64,000 nucleotides of DNA from Patescibacteria group bacterium (GTDB lineage Bacteria > Patescibacteriota > Saccharimonadia > UBA4664). The translations under genes were made by a program, and so were the position numbers. This document shows, one piece after another, positions 37,076 to 46,991 of the stretch. A model generated the notes under the pieces. The model ran no database searches. It was not told where the DNA came from and saw only the letters and a program-made list of their open reading frames with translations. The DNA is taken from NCBI GenBank assembly GCA_028288925.1, contig JAQGHG010000019.1:72047-136046 (forward strand). Direction: 5' to 3'. Position 1 is the first letter of the stretch; each line of letters begins with the position of its first letter.

Positions 37076-37151
37076 TGGCGGGCTCGACCGGATTTGAACC
37101 GGCGATCTCCTCCGTGACAGGGAGGCGTGTTAACCGCTACACTACGAGCCC
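37076..37151 (-). tRNA. tRNA-Asp (anticodon GTC)
   Basis: Hand-folded: GGGCTCG acceptor, anticodon loop CTGTCAC, GGTTCAAATCC T-arm, CCA encoded. Confidence 0.85.
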
Positions 37152-37226
37152 ACGGTTTCAATAACCGTCAAATAGTATCAGGTTTACGGCTACAGGGCAA
37201 TACTTGGACGGGTAGAGCGAGTCGTC

Positions 37227-37796
37227 CTACTTATCAGGCTTAACGTTCCCTCTCCCCCACTTGAGCACCCGCGCCATCCAGATCAGCTCATCGTACGAGC
37301 TCTGCACCAGCTTGCGATACACCGGCTCCAGTAGCTCGCCCTTCTCATCAAATAATGTCGGCACATTCGGGAAGTGTACATCGGTGAAGGTCGAAACCAG
37401 GCCCAGCTCCCGCACCGTCTGGTTCAGCGCCTCGATGGCCCGTACGCCACCCCAGCGGGTGCTCGACACCCCCGCGAACGCCACCGGCTTGTGAACGTAA
37501 TTCTTGAGCTCCGAATCCAACATCCGCTTGAGCGACCCCGGGAAGCTATGATTATACTCCGGCGACACGATGAAAAACGCGTCGGCCTTAGCTGTAATCG
37601 CCGTATATCGCGGGTCTTTGCCCTCAGGATCGTTACCGTCTCCCGGAAAATGAAAATCATTGGGATCTACGAAAGTAATCTCCACCCCCTTCTGTTCCCG
37701 GCCTACCTCGGCCACCAACCGCGCAGCATGAATCGAATCGCGCCGCACCCGCGTGGTACCTTCCAGCACCACGATCTGTAATGGTTGCACCCTCAC
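37227..37796 (-). CDS. NAD(P)H-dependent FMN reductase-family flavoprotein
   Basis: IVVLEGTTRV..., FFIVSPEYNHSFPGSLK motif of NADPH-dependent FMN reductases. Confidence 0.75.
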   Translation of the reverse strand: MRVQPLQIVVLEGTTRVRRDSIHAARLVAEVGREQKGVEITFVDPNDFHFPGDGNDPEGKDPRYTAITAKADAFFIVSPEYNHSFPGSLKRMLDSELKNYVHKPVAFAGVSSTRWGGVRAIEALNQTVRELGLVSTFTDVHFPNVPTLFDEKGELLEPVYRKLVQSSYDELIWMARVLKWGRGNVKPDK

Positions 37797-37881
37797 CTCC
37801 TATTGATTCTAACTTTAGCACAAAGCCCGGTCATTTAGACCGGGCTCGGAGCAGTCGCCATCAGAATAAAGTACTTAAGCG

Positions 37882-39027
37882 TTAGACCTTCAGGTAGGTC
37901 TTGATCTTTGCCTTCTTCAACTGGTCCTGGAAGTACTGGTTGAAGTCGACCGTCTTGATCAAGATGTGCTGGGCGTGGATCGAGCCATCATCCTTCTTCT
38001 CGATCACTTTCAGCACCTCGTAGCCGTACTGGGTCTTGATAGCGTCCGAGACCTGTCCTGGCTGCAACGCCTCGGCCGCGGCCTGTACGTTGTCCGGCAG
38101 CTGGCCTTTGCTGAAGAAGCCTAGGTCGCCGCCGCTGGCCGCGTCCGAAGCCTGCGAATACTGCTTGGCCAGCGCCGCGAAGTCGCCGCCGTCCTTCACC
38201 TTCTTCAGCACGTCCTGAGCCTTGGCCTTGGCCGCGGCGTCTACGGCCGGGTCGGACGTCACCTTGGCTTCGAGGTTCTTGGTGAGGAGCTGCTTGCGCA
38301 CTACCCGCTTGAGGTCGTCCAGCTTCCAGCCGTAAATCTGGCTCAAGGTCTTCAGTAGTGTGTCCTTGCCGCCATAGCGCGTGTAGAGCTGGTTGACGAG
38401 GTCGTTGACCTCTTTGTCGGTCACTTTCACCTTCTTCTGATCAGCTAGCTGTGCCACCAGCGCGTCGCCCTGCAGCTTCTGCAGCGAATGCTGCTTGATC
38501 TGCGTTACCAGCTTCTTGCCGTCGGCCGACTTAAAGTCCACCGCCGGCTGATTGTTCAGCTTGGCATTGTTCTGATAAGCCCGTTCGTTCGCGTCGACTT
38601 CAAACAAGTAGTCCTTGTACGACACAAACTGTCCGTTCACATTCTGCACTGGGTACGGCAGCACCTGGGCAACCACCTTTACGGCTGGATTATCGCTCTT
38701 GTAAGCGTAAATCAGAACGCCGAACACCACGATTACCACTGCCAAGAGGCCAACCACCACAGCCGCCGCCATGATGAGCGTGCGCTTGAGATTACGCTTC
38801 TTCTTCGCGGGACCGTCAGGGGTTACCACCGCTACCGGCTCGGGCTCAACAGCCGCCTCAGTCTTCTCCTCGGGCACGACCTCATCTTTTGGCTCGGTCT
38901 TCACCTCGGCCTTCTTTGGCTTATCGGTCTTCTCGGTCTTCTTTTCCGGAACTTCCGGCTGAACCTGATCTTTGGCCAGCCCCTCATCGCTATTCGGCAA
39001 AATAAACTCCTCTATGGGACCAATCAC
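37882..39027 (-). CDS. membrane-anchored PpiC-type peptidyl-prolyl isomerase (PrsA/SurA-like foldase)
   Basis: N-terminal acidic/Lys-rich region, TM, SurA-N-like helices, parvulin domain GGDLGFFSKGQLPDNV...GYEVLKV. Confidence 0.8.
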   Translation of the reverse strand: MIGPIEEFILPNSDEGLAKDQVQPEVPEKKTEKTDKPKKAEVKTEPKDEVVPEEKTEAAVEPEPVAVVTPDGPAKKKRNLKRTLIMAAAVVVGLLAVVIVVFGVLIYAYKSDNPAVKVVAQVLPYPVQNVNGQFVSYKDYLFEVDANERAYQNNAKLNNQPAVDFKSADGKKLVTQIKQHSLQKLQGDALVAQLADQKKVKVTDKEVNDLVNQLYTRYGGKDTLLKTLSQIYGWKLDDLKRVVRKQLLTKNLEAKVTSDPAVDAAAKAKAQDVLKKVKDGGDFAALAKQYSQASDAASGGDLGFFSKGQLPDNVQAAAEALQPGQVSDAIKTQYGYEVLKVIEKKDDGSIHAQHILIKTVDFNQYFQDQLKKAKIKTYLKV

Positions 39028-39058
39028 TAGCCCCAGCTTTATATGGTTTAATGCTAGC

Positions 39059-39604
39059 TTAGTTCGGCGATTGTGTCGACCCGCCGCCGTATTTACTCAG
39101 TACCCGCACCAGCTGCTCATGCACCTCCACCGGCTTGTGAACCGTCTTCATTTCCAGCGTACCGAGGTACGTCCGCGCGGTAATATCCCCAAATCCAAAC
39201 AGCACCGCCTGAAAGCCGTTAATATGGTAATTTACATTCGAAATATCATCGAGCTGCCACTCGTCCACTTTGCGGTTAAAAAACCCTTTTTGCTTAATCG
39301 CCAAGATCCGCCGGTCGGTCACGATATACATCGTGTAATACCACCCCACCCAGCGATAAAACCACGCCAGGAACACTATCACGGGTATCCCCAGCGCGAT
39401 CTTCGTCAGGAAAGCCGCAGCCGCCGGTGAGCTGTAAATCTGCGGGAAATCCAACGGCAACACGCCCACCAAGATCACCAACAACCCTAGAATGAGTGCT
39501 TTGCGCATCACCAGCGGATGCTGACGGAACAAAAATATAACCTCTTCGCCATCGTGCTGGCCGGGAAACTGTTGGTCGGATTGGGTAGGCTCTTTTCCGC
39601 TCAT
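39059..39604 (-). CDS. bacterial PH-domain (YdbS/YdbT-like) membrane protein
   Basis: Two TM then YIVTDRRILAIKQKGFFNRKV bPH_2 signature. Confidence 0.7.
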   Translation of the reverse strand: MSGKEPTQSDQQFPGQHDGEEVIFLFRQHPLVMRKALILGLLVILVGVLPLDFPQIYSSPAAAAFLTKIALGIPVIVFLAWFYRWVGWYYTMYIVTDRRILAIKQKGFFNRKVDEWQLDDISNVNYHINGFQAVLFGFGDITARTYLGTLEMKTVHKPVEVHEQLVRVLSKYGGGSTQSPN

Positions 39605-39619
39605 GGTTTGATTATAGCA

Positions 39620-39662
39620 GGAGGCTCCTCCCGCGAGGAGGCTCCTGCCGCGGGGAGGCTCC
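39620..39662. repeat. three direct copies of GGAGGCTCC with 8-bp spacers
   Basis: Copies at 39620, 39637, 39654; immediately upstream of both PH-domain gene start and tRNA-Arg. Confidence 0.8.
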
Positions 39663-39685
39663 CTATGCTACAATGCTACCGCCCA

Positions 39686-39761
39686 GCCCCAGTAGCTCAG
39701 TGGATAGAGCGTCTCCGTCCTAAGGAGAGCGTCGGGGGTTCGATTCCCTCCTGGGGTACCA
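39686..39761 (+). tRNA. tRNA-Arg (anticodon CCT)
   Basis: Hand-folded: GCCCCAG/CTGGGGT acceptor (G1-U72), anticodon stem TCTCC/GGAGA with loop GTCCTAA, GGTTCGATTCC T-arm, CCA encoded. Confidence 0.8.
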
Positions 39762-40101
39762 AAGGATTTATTAGACCATTATCAAACAGCTGGCCGTCAT
39801 CACCCAATTTATCGCCGGTGAGTGTGGGCCAGAATGTTACTATTGACAATATCAGCTATTCGTGTAACAATGTCTCTGTTCATCTCTTGCCCACCGTACG
39901 ACCAGCGTTAGGCTCCGGAAACATCGCGAACTCTAGCGACAACCGGAACCTTATTGCTACCAGCGGCCGGGTTGTTCAATCAGAACATGCTTCTGAGACA
40001 AACTTCCCAACGCTTTCGCTACCGAGGCAAAGCGGCTCGTGCTTCCAAGCTCCATCCATCGGTCCGCTAATGCGGCCACCAAGTAGGAAGAAGGAAACCG
40101 T

Positions 40102-40449
40102 ATGGCCAAATCAGGTACCACTGAACACCAGCGATGGTTCAGCCCGGGTATTACGGTAGTCAGCAACGACTACCAACCGGCAACTGCACCTGAGCGCCAC
40201 CGCGGCTACAAGTCGCTCACGCGCGGAGACCTCACCAAGGCCGGCAAGGATTCGCTCAGGATCCTGGCAATCGGCGACGGCACAGTCCACTGTGTGATCA
40301 CCCAGATCACGGACATCTCCCCGGAAGGGGCTACCGAGTCCGATGTCGCCGTCGAGTTCAAGTGTGCAACCCGCACCGGTCAGCTGCTTCTCGGTCGCGT
40401 GAGTGTGGCCGAGTGCACCAGCTTCAGGCCGAGACAGTCCAACAAGTAG
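40102..40449 (+). CDS. hypothetical protein
   Basis: AAGGAAA SD 4 nt before ATG; preceded by TTGACA-N16-TAACAAT promoter-like site near 39835; no recognisable domain. Confidence 0.5.
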   Translation: MAKSGTTEHQRWFSPGITVVSNDYQPATAPERHRGYKSLTRGDLTKAGKDSLRILAIGDGTVHCVITQITDISPEGATESDVAVEFKCATRTGQLLLGRVSVAECTSFRPRQSNK

Positions 40450-40604
40450 AGATGTACTTCGGCCTCTGACGAACCGGGCAACCAGCCACCGTTCGACGGA
40501 GGCTGTTTGCTTTATAACGGGTTTTTATTGCGAAGACATGGTTACGTCTGTATAGCTTGAGTAATAACGCCTACCATATTTTGCAATCAGCATAATGAGT
40601 AGAC

Positions 40605-40645
40605 ACATAGACACCCCCGACAGGGACGCCCAAAGGTGTCTATGT
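40605..40645. other. 11-bp inverted repeat with 19-nt loop
   Basis: ACATAGACACC...GGTGTCTATGT; downstream of minus-strand Cys-rich protein gene. Confidence 0.6.
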
Positions 40646-40696
40646 CAGGGGTGTAAGCCCCCAGTGTACCGACTGCTTCATCGGCGTCCGGGGGGG

Positions 40697-41305
40697 TCAG
40701 CGAACCTTGCACCTCATGTTGCAGCAGCCGTCGCACGGGTTGCCGCAGTTGCCACTGGTGGTCCAGAGCAGGTCCAGCACGGGGCCGCGCTGGCGCATTG
40801 CGTTCACCGTGTCGGCCATGGTGTGCTCCGGCCGGCCATCGTCGAAGCCGTCCGGCAGCACCAGGCCCGTGGGCTCGTGGTGGAGGAACCGGCCGGCGAG
40901 CACGCGGCTGAGCACGGTGTACTGCTTGGTGGGCGACTTGAGCTGATGCCAGCCCCAGTCCACCAGCAGAGACGGGCCGAGGCCGGAGTTCTCGGCCGAT
41001 GCCTGGAGGAAGCCGAGCGCCTCGTTGAGGATGAGCTCGGCCAGCGCCGTGTCGGGGTCGGGGTCGGCGTAGCCGTGACCCTCGACAATCCCGGCGATCG
41101 CGGGACCCCAGAACTCGTTGGTCTTGTTGTCCTTGATGATGCCGGTAACGCACATGCCCCAGTACTGGTCGACCATAGCGGCCGCCCGGATCGGGTGCTC
41201 GTCGTAGTCGGTCACCAGCAGGCGGACCATCTCGTCACCATGCGTGTCGAGGAGCCCCTTGTAAGCCAGCGTGGCGCCGGCCTGCCTTGCGAGTACAGCG
41301 GTCAT
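40697..41305 (-). CDS. hypothetical protein with Cys-rich C-terminus
   Basis: 202 aa; C-terminal GNCGNPCDGCCNMRCKV; chosen over overlapping Arg/Pro-rich alt-frame ORFs; strong promoter upstream. Confidence 0.55.
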   Translation of the reverse strand: MTAVLARQAGATLAYKGLLDTHGDEMVRLLVTDYDEHPIRAAAMVDQYWGMCVTGIIKDNKTNEFWGPAIAGIVEGHGYADPDPDTALAELILNEALGFLQASAENSGLGPSLLVDWGWHQLKSPTKQYTVLSRVLAGRFLHHEPTGLVLPDGFDDGRPEHTMADTVNAMRQRGPVLDLLWTTSGNCGNPCDGCCNMRCKVR

Positions 41306-41351
41306 GAACCGCTCCCTTCAATCGAGTGCGACTTTCGCACAAGATTGTAAC

Positions 41352-41380
41352 ATTATAATACCAGACACATATTAATACAA
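41352..41380 (-). promoter_or_regulatory. strong sigma70-like promoter TTGTAT-N17-TATAAT
   Basis: Minus-strand reading of 41380..41352; about 45 nt upstream of 40697..41305 start. Confidence 0.55.
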
Positions 41381-41480
41381 TATTTTTGTGATTTTCTACA
41401 TTGAAAACCGCCGCACCCAGAGAATAAGGGTGCGACGGCCAATCACCGGATTTGCCCAACGGCAGCTCCGGAAGCGCACG

Positions 41481-42311
41481 TCACACCTTGCGCTTGCCAA
41501 CAGCAATGAGATACGACCGGCCCACAACGACACCGCTTGTGCCGGCGTGACGCCCGAAGAACGCGAGCAGGGCAGACCACAGTTCGTGCTCGCGATCCGG
41601 ACCCAGCCTAGCTCTCACGGCAACAGTTCGGGGAGACTTCTCCCAAAAAAGCCGCGTAAGTGCCTCCGGCGACTCACCTCGGATCGGACTATCGCCCGTG
41701 AAGAACTGGAGCTGGAAGGCTCCGCCGAGAAGAGAATCCACATACTCTGGATCACCCCACTCGAAGGGCGAGTTCTGGTCGGCCGGACCCCGCCCAGTGA
41801 ATTCCGCCTCGAGGTTGGCCAGCTCCAGAAAGCCCTCTTGCGGAGTCCAGGCGGAGATGGCGGCTTTTCCGCCGGGGCGACAGAGCCGCGTGATCTCGCC
41901 GGCCACTGCTTCATGATCGGGCGCGAACACGGCGCCGTGGGCTGACGTAACGACCTCAAATGACCCATCCGGGTAAGTCATCCTCTGGCAATCGCCGACG
42001 TCGAACGTTACGTTGAGCTCAGCCCCAGCTGCTTCAGCCCGAGCCAGCTCAATCATGCGTGGCGACAGATCTTGAGCGGTGACCTTGGCCCCTTGTCGGG
42101 CGGCCATCAGCGCGATGGTACCGGCTCCGCAAGCCACATCAAGCCACGGAGCGCCCGGACGCACCTGTCCTAGAGCCAGCATCATTCGCGGATGGAGGTT
42201 ACCCCCCAAACGTGCGGCAAGCTCCGGGTAGTCACCTCCACTCCAGTACTGGATTCGAGCTTCCAGCTCATCCTTTGCAGACACTCTGGTTCCTTCCGTG
42301 CGTAAGGACAA
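41481..42311 (-). CDS. class I SAM-dependent methyltransferase
   Basis: Motif I WLDVACGAGTIAL, motif post-I (acidic) and Rossmann-like order. Confidence 0.75.
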   Translation of the reverse strand: MSLRTEGTRVSAKDELEARIQYWSGGDYPELAARLGGNLHPRMMLALGQVRPGAPWLDVACGAGTIALMAARQGAKVTAQDLSPRMIELARAEAAGAELNVTFDVGDCQRMTYPDGSFEVVTSAHGAVFAPDHEAVAGEITRLCRPGGKAAISAWTPQEGFLELANLEAEFTGRGPADQNSPFEWGDPEYVDSLLGGAFQLQFFTGDSPIRGESPEALTRLFWEKSPRTVAVRARLGPDREHELWSALLAFFGRHAGTSGVVVGRSYLIAVGKRKV

Positions 42312-42461
42312 TGACCTTTCAATCGTGCGGCAAACTACTGCACCTGATAATCGCAGGATCGATATGACCTAGCGTTTTTGCCTCACCAAGATGCAAAATA
42401 CATTATGAACTGATTTGGGTAATAATGCAATACTATAGCGTTGGCGATATAGATTATTCGT

Positions 42462-43085
42462 CTATTTATTCTTCGGATACCACTTCTTGGTATAAGCCAC
42501 CTCGGTCAGCACCGTCTCGTAATTCACGACCTCTTCCGGCTTAAACCAAATGGCCACTTCGCGTGCGTAGTTATCGGCGCTATCGCTGCCATGGATGATG
42601 TTCTTCACTGCCCAGTCGCCGGCATTCGAGACCTCGTACGACTCCATGCTGTAATCAAACCCGATCGTCCCGACTTCGGCCTGCAGGGGGCTCGTGTTGC
42701 CGCGGATCTTGCGCACCACCTCGATGACGTGCGCGCCCTCCAGCACCATCGCCACCACCGGGCCGGCCGTCAGGCCTTCCATGAGAGTGCGGCGGGTGTT
42801 AAGCCCGATGTCGCGAGGCTCAGCCGGGGGCGTCATACCCTTGGCCACATAGCTATCATAGGCACGCTTGCCGGAGGACATCAGCCACTCCTCGGTAGCC
42901 ACGTAGTGGTCCCCAGCCATTTTCTCGGTCGGCCACACCAGCTTGAGGGCCGCGATCTTGAGGCCCTTGCGCTCAAACCGCTGCAAAATCTCCCCTACCA
43001 GGTGGCGTGCCACCGCGTCGGGCTTTATCAACACCAAGCTTCGCTCGTGACGCAGCTCTTCTAATCGTTTCTCGTCGGGCTTCAT
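42462..43085 (-). CDS. ndk: nucleoside diphosphate kinase with internal insertion
   Basis: LVLIKPDAVARHLVGEIL, NIIHGSDS active-site His; about 45-aa insertion after the HY motif relative to the 143-aa E. coli protein. Confidence 0.8.
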   Translation of the reverse strand: MKPDEKRLEELRHERSLVLIKPDAVARHLVGEILQRFERKGLKIAALKLVWPTEKMAGDHYVATEEWLMSSGKRAYDSYVAKGMTPPAEPRDIGLNTRRTLMEGLTAGPVVAMVLEGAHVIEVVRKIRGNTSPLQAEVGTIGFDYSMESYEVSNAGDWAVKNIIHGSDSADNYAREVAIWFKPEEVVNYETVLTEVAYTKKWYPKNK

Positions 43086-44377
43086 TATTTCTCCTTTGCC
43101 GTTACTGCTAACTTATTTTTAAAATGCTCAGCCGTCTTGTCCGGCTCGGGCGCGATGATCGCGAAGCGCAGGCGTTCCGGCGCCAGCATCTCGCCCGCCA
43201 CCCGCCGCACATCGGCCACCGTCACCGCCTCAATCTTGGCGATCGTCTCGTCGATCGGCTCCACCCGCCCCTGCAACACCAGCTGCAAAGCGATCCGGTC
43301 GGCGATCGAAGCGTTATTCTCCAAGCTCATCTCCAAACCAGCCGTCAATTGCTGTTGGGCCTTGCGCAGCTCCACTTCGGCCACCGGCTCCTGGCGAATC
43401 AGTTCCAGCTCGTGCAGCACCGAGTCCAGCGCCTGCACGGTCTTATCGAGATTAACCCCCGCGTAAGCCTCGAACAACCCCGTATCCACATATGAGTTCA
43501 CTTCTGAGTACACCGTATAAGCCAGACCCTGGCGCTCGCGCACATTCAGGAACAGCCGCGAGCTAGAACCCCGGCCCAATATCGCCGCCACTACCCGGGC
43601 CGCCGGTTCATCCGCGTCATCGTACGAATACCCCCGGGCCGCCACCATAAAGTGCGCCTGGGCCGTCGCCTTCTCGTGGGTCACCGCCAAGTCCCCCGCT
43701 TCTTCTAAGCTCACCGGCTCAAAAGCCGGCTGTTCCCCGGGTTGCAAGCCGGCCAAGACCTCACTCACTTGCTTCACCAGCTCATCGTGGTCTACCGCGC
43801 CGGCTGCCGCCACCACTAGGTTGTTCGGCCGGTACCGCTCGTGCAAATACGCCACGATGTCGTCGCGGGAAATCGTATTAATCACCTTCTCGGTACCAAT
43901 GATATCCCGCCCAAGGGGGTTATCCGGAAATATCAGCTGTGGCACCAGCGTGGCAATGAACCGCGACGGATCATCGCGAAACACGTTCATCTCCTCGATG
44001 ATCACACCCCGCTCCCGGTCGATCTCGGCCCCGTCCATCACGGGATTCTTCACCATATCGCACAAAATATCCACTGCTAGCCGCCCATGCCGCGCCGGCA
44101 CCTTGATGTAGAAAGAAGTCACATCCTCGCTCGTATAAGCGTTGTTATAGCCTCCAACCGCGTCCACCGCCTCAGCAATCGCCTGCGCACTGGGGTATTT
44201 TTTGGACCCCTTAAACAACAAGTGTTCCAAGAAGTGCGACACTCCGCCGTTCTTGGAATAGTCCTCAAACCGTGAACCAGTTCCGACTACAATATTTACC
44301 GTCAGGCTGCGGGCATCAGCCAGCTGGGCTGTCACGATCCGCAACCCGTTCTCGAGCTTAGTTTCTTTAATCTTCAA
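43085..44377 (-). CDS. M16-family (pitrilysin/insulinase-like) zinc peptidase
   Basis: Inverted zinc motif HFLEHLLFKGS (HxxEH) and downstream Glu. Confidence 0.8.
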   Translation of the reverse strand: MKIKETKLENGLRIVTAQLADARSLTVNIVVGTGSRFEDYSKNGGVSHFLEHLLFKGSKKYPSAQAIAEAVDAVGGYNNAYTSEDVTSFYIKVPARHGRLAVDILCDMVKNPVMDGAEIDRERGVIIEEMNVFRDDPSRFIATLVPQLIFPDNPLGRDIIGTEKVINTISRDDIVAYLHERYRPNNLVVAAAGAVDHDELVKQVSEVLAGLQPGEQPAFEPVSLEEAGDLAVTHEKATAQAHFMVAARGYSYDDADEPAARVVAAILGRGSSSRLFLNVRERQGLAYTVYSEVNSYVDTGLFEAYAGVNLDKTVQALDSVLHELELIRQEPVAEVELRKAQQQLTAGLEMSLENNASIADRIALQLVLQGRVEPIDETIAKIEAVTVADVRRVAGEMLAPERLRFAIIAPEPDKTAEHFKNKLAVTAKEK

Positions 44378-44380
44378 TTA

Positions 44381-45007
44381 TTACTCCTTCGCGCCTTCTG
44401 CGTTGCGCCCCTTGCGACGCTTGCGGTGCTGCTGGACATACCAGATTACAAACAGCACCATCGCCGCCAATACTACCACACCAATCTGCTTAATCCAGCG
44501 GTCGATCAGATCGATGTGGTCCCCCAGCACCGATCCCAGATATACCAGGCCACCGATCCACACGAGTTTACCCACGAATACCGCTATCAAAAAGCGCAAA
44601 TACTTCATCTGAGCGATACCCGCGACGTAGCCCACCAGACCCTGAATACCCGGTATGAACGCTCCTACCACCACCAACCAGCCGCCGTACTTCTCGAAGA
44701 GCTTCTGCGCCGCCTCCAGCTCCCGGTGCGAGATCAAGATGTACTTGCCATACCGCTCCACCAACACGAGCCCGCCAAACCGCGCCAGCAAATAGGCGCA
44801 CGTCACGCCCAGCAGCTGCATTCCCATGGCTACCACCAACAGAGTTACCAGATTCATCCGCCCCTGCGTTACCGCCACTCCGCCCAACGGCAGCAACAGC
44901 TCGCTGAGGCCCGGTACGCTCAAGCCGTTCAAAAACACGCCAATCCCGATCCCGAACACCCCCAGGTGATCCACCAAACTCGTCGCGATCCCCGAAAAAC
45001 TAGTCAT
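44381..45007 (-). CDS. DedA-family (SNARE-associated/TVP38) membrane protein
   Basis: 208 aa, polytopic, G-rich re-entrant loop pattern of DedA. Confidence 0.7.
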   Translation of the reverse strand: MTSFSGIATSLVDHLGVFGIGIGVFLNGLSVPGLSELLLPLGGVAVTQGRMNLVTLLVVAMGMQLLGVTCAYLLARFGGLVLVERYGKYILISHRELEAAQKLFEKYGGWLVVVGAFIPGIQGLVGYVAGIAQMKYLRFLIAVFVGKLVWIGGLVYLGSVLGDHIDLIDRWIKQIGVVVLAAMVLFVIWYVQQHRKRRKGRNAEGAKE

Positions 45008-45083
45008 TTACATAATTCCTTTTAACAAAAGCCATACGAGGCCCATTATACCTAATTCCCCTCAACAAAACGAACAGGCCGGC

Positions 45084-46991
45084 TTACGAACCAGCCAGCC
45101 GCCTCACCTGCACCTCCAACGCCCGCCCCCGCAGACTCTTCGGATCCAACCGCAACGCCCTTTGGGCCGCCCCGCCCGCCTCGCGCAAGTTACCCTGCAC
45201 CAGATAACTATTACCCACCAATGCTTCTAGGTTGGCTAGCTTGGGCCGCAAGCTCTCATCCAGGTTGCGATTACTCACCACCGCGGCCGGATACAGCTTC
45301 AGCATCGCCCGCGCGGTATCCATGCTGCCGCGTGTATCCCCTGCCTGCATCTGGACCGTCGCCAGGTCGAGCGCGTATTCGGGATGGTTATACGGATCCA
45401 GCCGCAGAGCCGCCCGGAAAGCCGCCTCCGCGCCCCTCTGATCGCCCCGCACCGCCAGCGCCCGGCCCTCCAGCTGATGATGCTGGCCGTCATGCGGATC
45501 CAATGTCTCGGCCTGCCGTGCCCGGTCCAGGGCCAGCGCCGCTGCCGTTCGACCGTCCTTACCCCCGCTAACCGCCACCGCGTACAGCGCGATGCCATCG
45601 GCATTTATATAATCCGGATCGTACACCACCCCGCGGTGAGCAGCGGCGTACCGCTCCGCCGCCAGGCTATAATCCCCGTCTTCCTGTGCCACCCGCGCCC
45701 GCGCCGCCCAAATATTACTCTGATACATATTCATCAACGGCACCAGTAGCAAAACCGCTGTCGCCGGCCAACCCAACCGTACCTTCCCCCGCACCGGCCA
45801 CCATTGCCGGTAAATCGTCCCAAACAGAACCGCTGCCAGCATTAGCAGCGCCGGATAGCCCGCATCCACATCCACGCTCATATGCAGCAGTAGGCCGATC
45901 AAGCCGAGTAGCGCCGGTGTCATCTCCGGATGCGCCACCACCCCGCGCAGCGCACCTATCAGCAGCCACAGAAGCACCGCCGCCAACACCACCGCCCCCA
46001 CGATGCCCAGCTCGGCCAACACCTGCACATAGAGATTGTGAGCGTTGGTCGAGGCACTCACCACTCGCTGCTGGTACTGTGGATGCACGTCCCCATATGT
46101 GCCCGCGCCCATGCCGCCAAAGGGACGGTCAAACCACATCTCCAGCCCGCTTTCCATGAAGTTCAGCCGGTCCCTCAAACTATTCGATTCACCTGCCCGC
46201 GCCACCTGCACCGCCCGCGCGCCGGGGGCTAGAGAATTACTCTTGTGAACAAATAAAGTGCTCATGCTTACCAGTCCAAAACTGAGTCCAATTCCCATCA
46301 CCATACTGAACACAAATGTTATCCAAAACCTCCGCGGAGTAGGTACCACCAACAGATATAAAACCATGATTACACCCGCCACCAAAATCGCCGCCCGAGA
46401 GTTCGCCAGCATAAACGTAGCGATGAAAAATACCGTCAACGAGCCCCACATCCACGCCACTTTTCCCCAGCTCCGCCGTAATTTATCCACAGCCAAAACC
46501 AGTGCCGGAATCAAATAAGCCGCCGCCGGATTGGCCCAGTAAAAGGTCCCCGTCAACCGCTCATACGTACCCGTCATGTACATCACGATAGCCACCACCG
46601 AAAACACCGCCGCCGAGGCCAAATACGCCCGTACCAGCCATTCCCGCCCCTTGGGCTCCCCCGCCACTGTATAGGCCAGCCGAAACGCCAGCCCGGCCAT
46701 CAGCCACTGCGTCAGCCATACCGCCGTCGAGTACCGGTTGGCGCTCCACAGCAGGCTCAATACGGCAAAACCCATGAGCACAAACCAGCTCACCACCAGC
46801 GGTCCCCGCCGCAACTGACGTACCTCCGGCTGCCTCCAGGCCAAGAGCGCCCCCAGCAGCAGCGCACCACCGCTCACCAACATCGCAACCGGCTCCTGCC
46901 CGCCGCTCATCCACGGCGCCATCGCCACCGCCACGCACGCCACCAGCGTCCCCAAAATCACCGTCCGCATAGGTGGGCCTGTACGTTCCAT
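45084..46991 (-). CDS. O-antigen ligase-like polytopic membrane protein with C-terminal TPR repeats
   Basis: About 12 TM N-terminal half (Wzy_C-like), C-terminal helical repeats with TPR-type A/L/Y spacing. Confidence 0.65.
   Translation of the reverse strand: MERTGPPMRTVILGTLVACVAVAMAPWMSGGQEPVAMLVSGGALLLGALLAWRQPEVRQLRRGPLVVSWFVLMGFAVLSLLWSANRYSTAVWLTQWLMAGLAFRLAYTVAGEPKGREWLVRAYLASAAVFSVVAIVMYMTGTYERLTGTFYWANPAAAYLIPALVLAVDKLRRSWGKVAWMWGSLTVFFIATFMLANSRAAILVAGVIMVLYLLVVPTPRRFWITFVFSMVMGIGLSFGLVSMSTLFVHKSNSLAPGARAVQVARAGESNSLRDRLNFMESGLEMWFDRPFGGMGAGTYGDVHPQYQQRVVSASTNAHNLYVQVLAELGIVGAVVLAAVLLWLLIGALRGVVAHPEMTPALLGLIGLLLHMSVDVDAGYPALLMLAAVLFGTIYRQWWPVRGKVRLGWPATAVLLLVPLMNMYQSNIWAARARVAQEDGDYSLAAERYAAAHRGVVYDPDYINADGIALYAVAVSGGKDGRTAAALALDRARQAETLDPHDGQHHQLEGRALAVRGDQRGAEAAFRAALRLDPYNHPEYALDLATVQMQAGDTRGSMDTARAMLKLYPAAVVSNRNLDESLRPKLANLEALVGNSYLVQGNLREAGGAAQRALRLDPKSLRGRALEVQVRRLAGS

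Noticed and set aside
40587-41350. Overlapping ORFs 40587..41153(-) and 40595..41350(+)
   Set aside because: Arg/Gly/Pro-rich translations with no protein-like pattern. The third frame, 40697..41305(-), has balanced composition, a strong promoter and a terminator-like hairpin.
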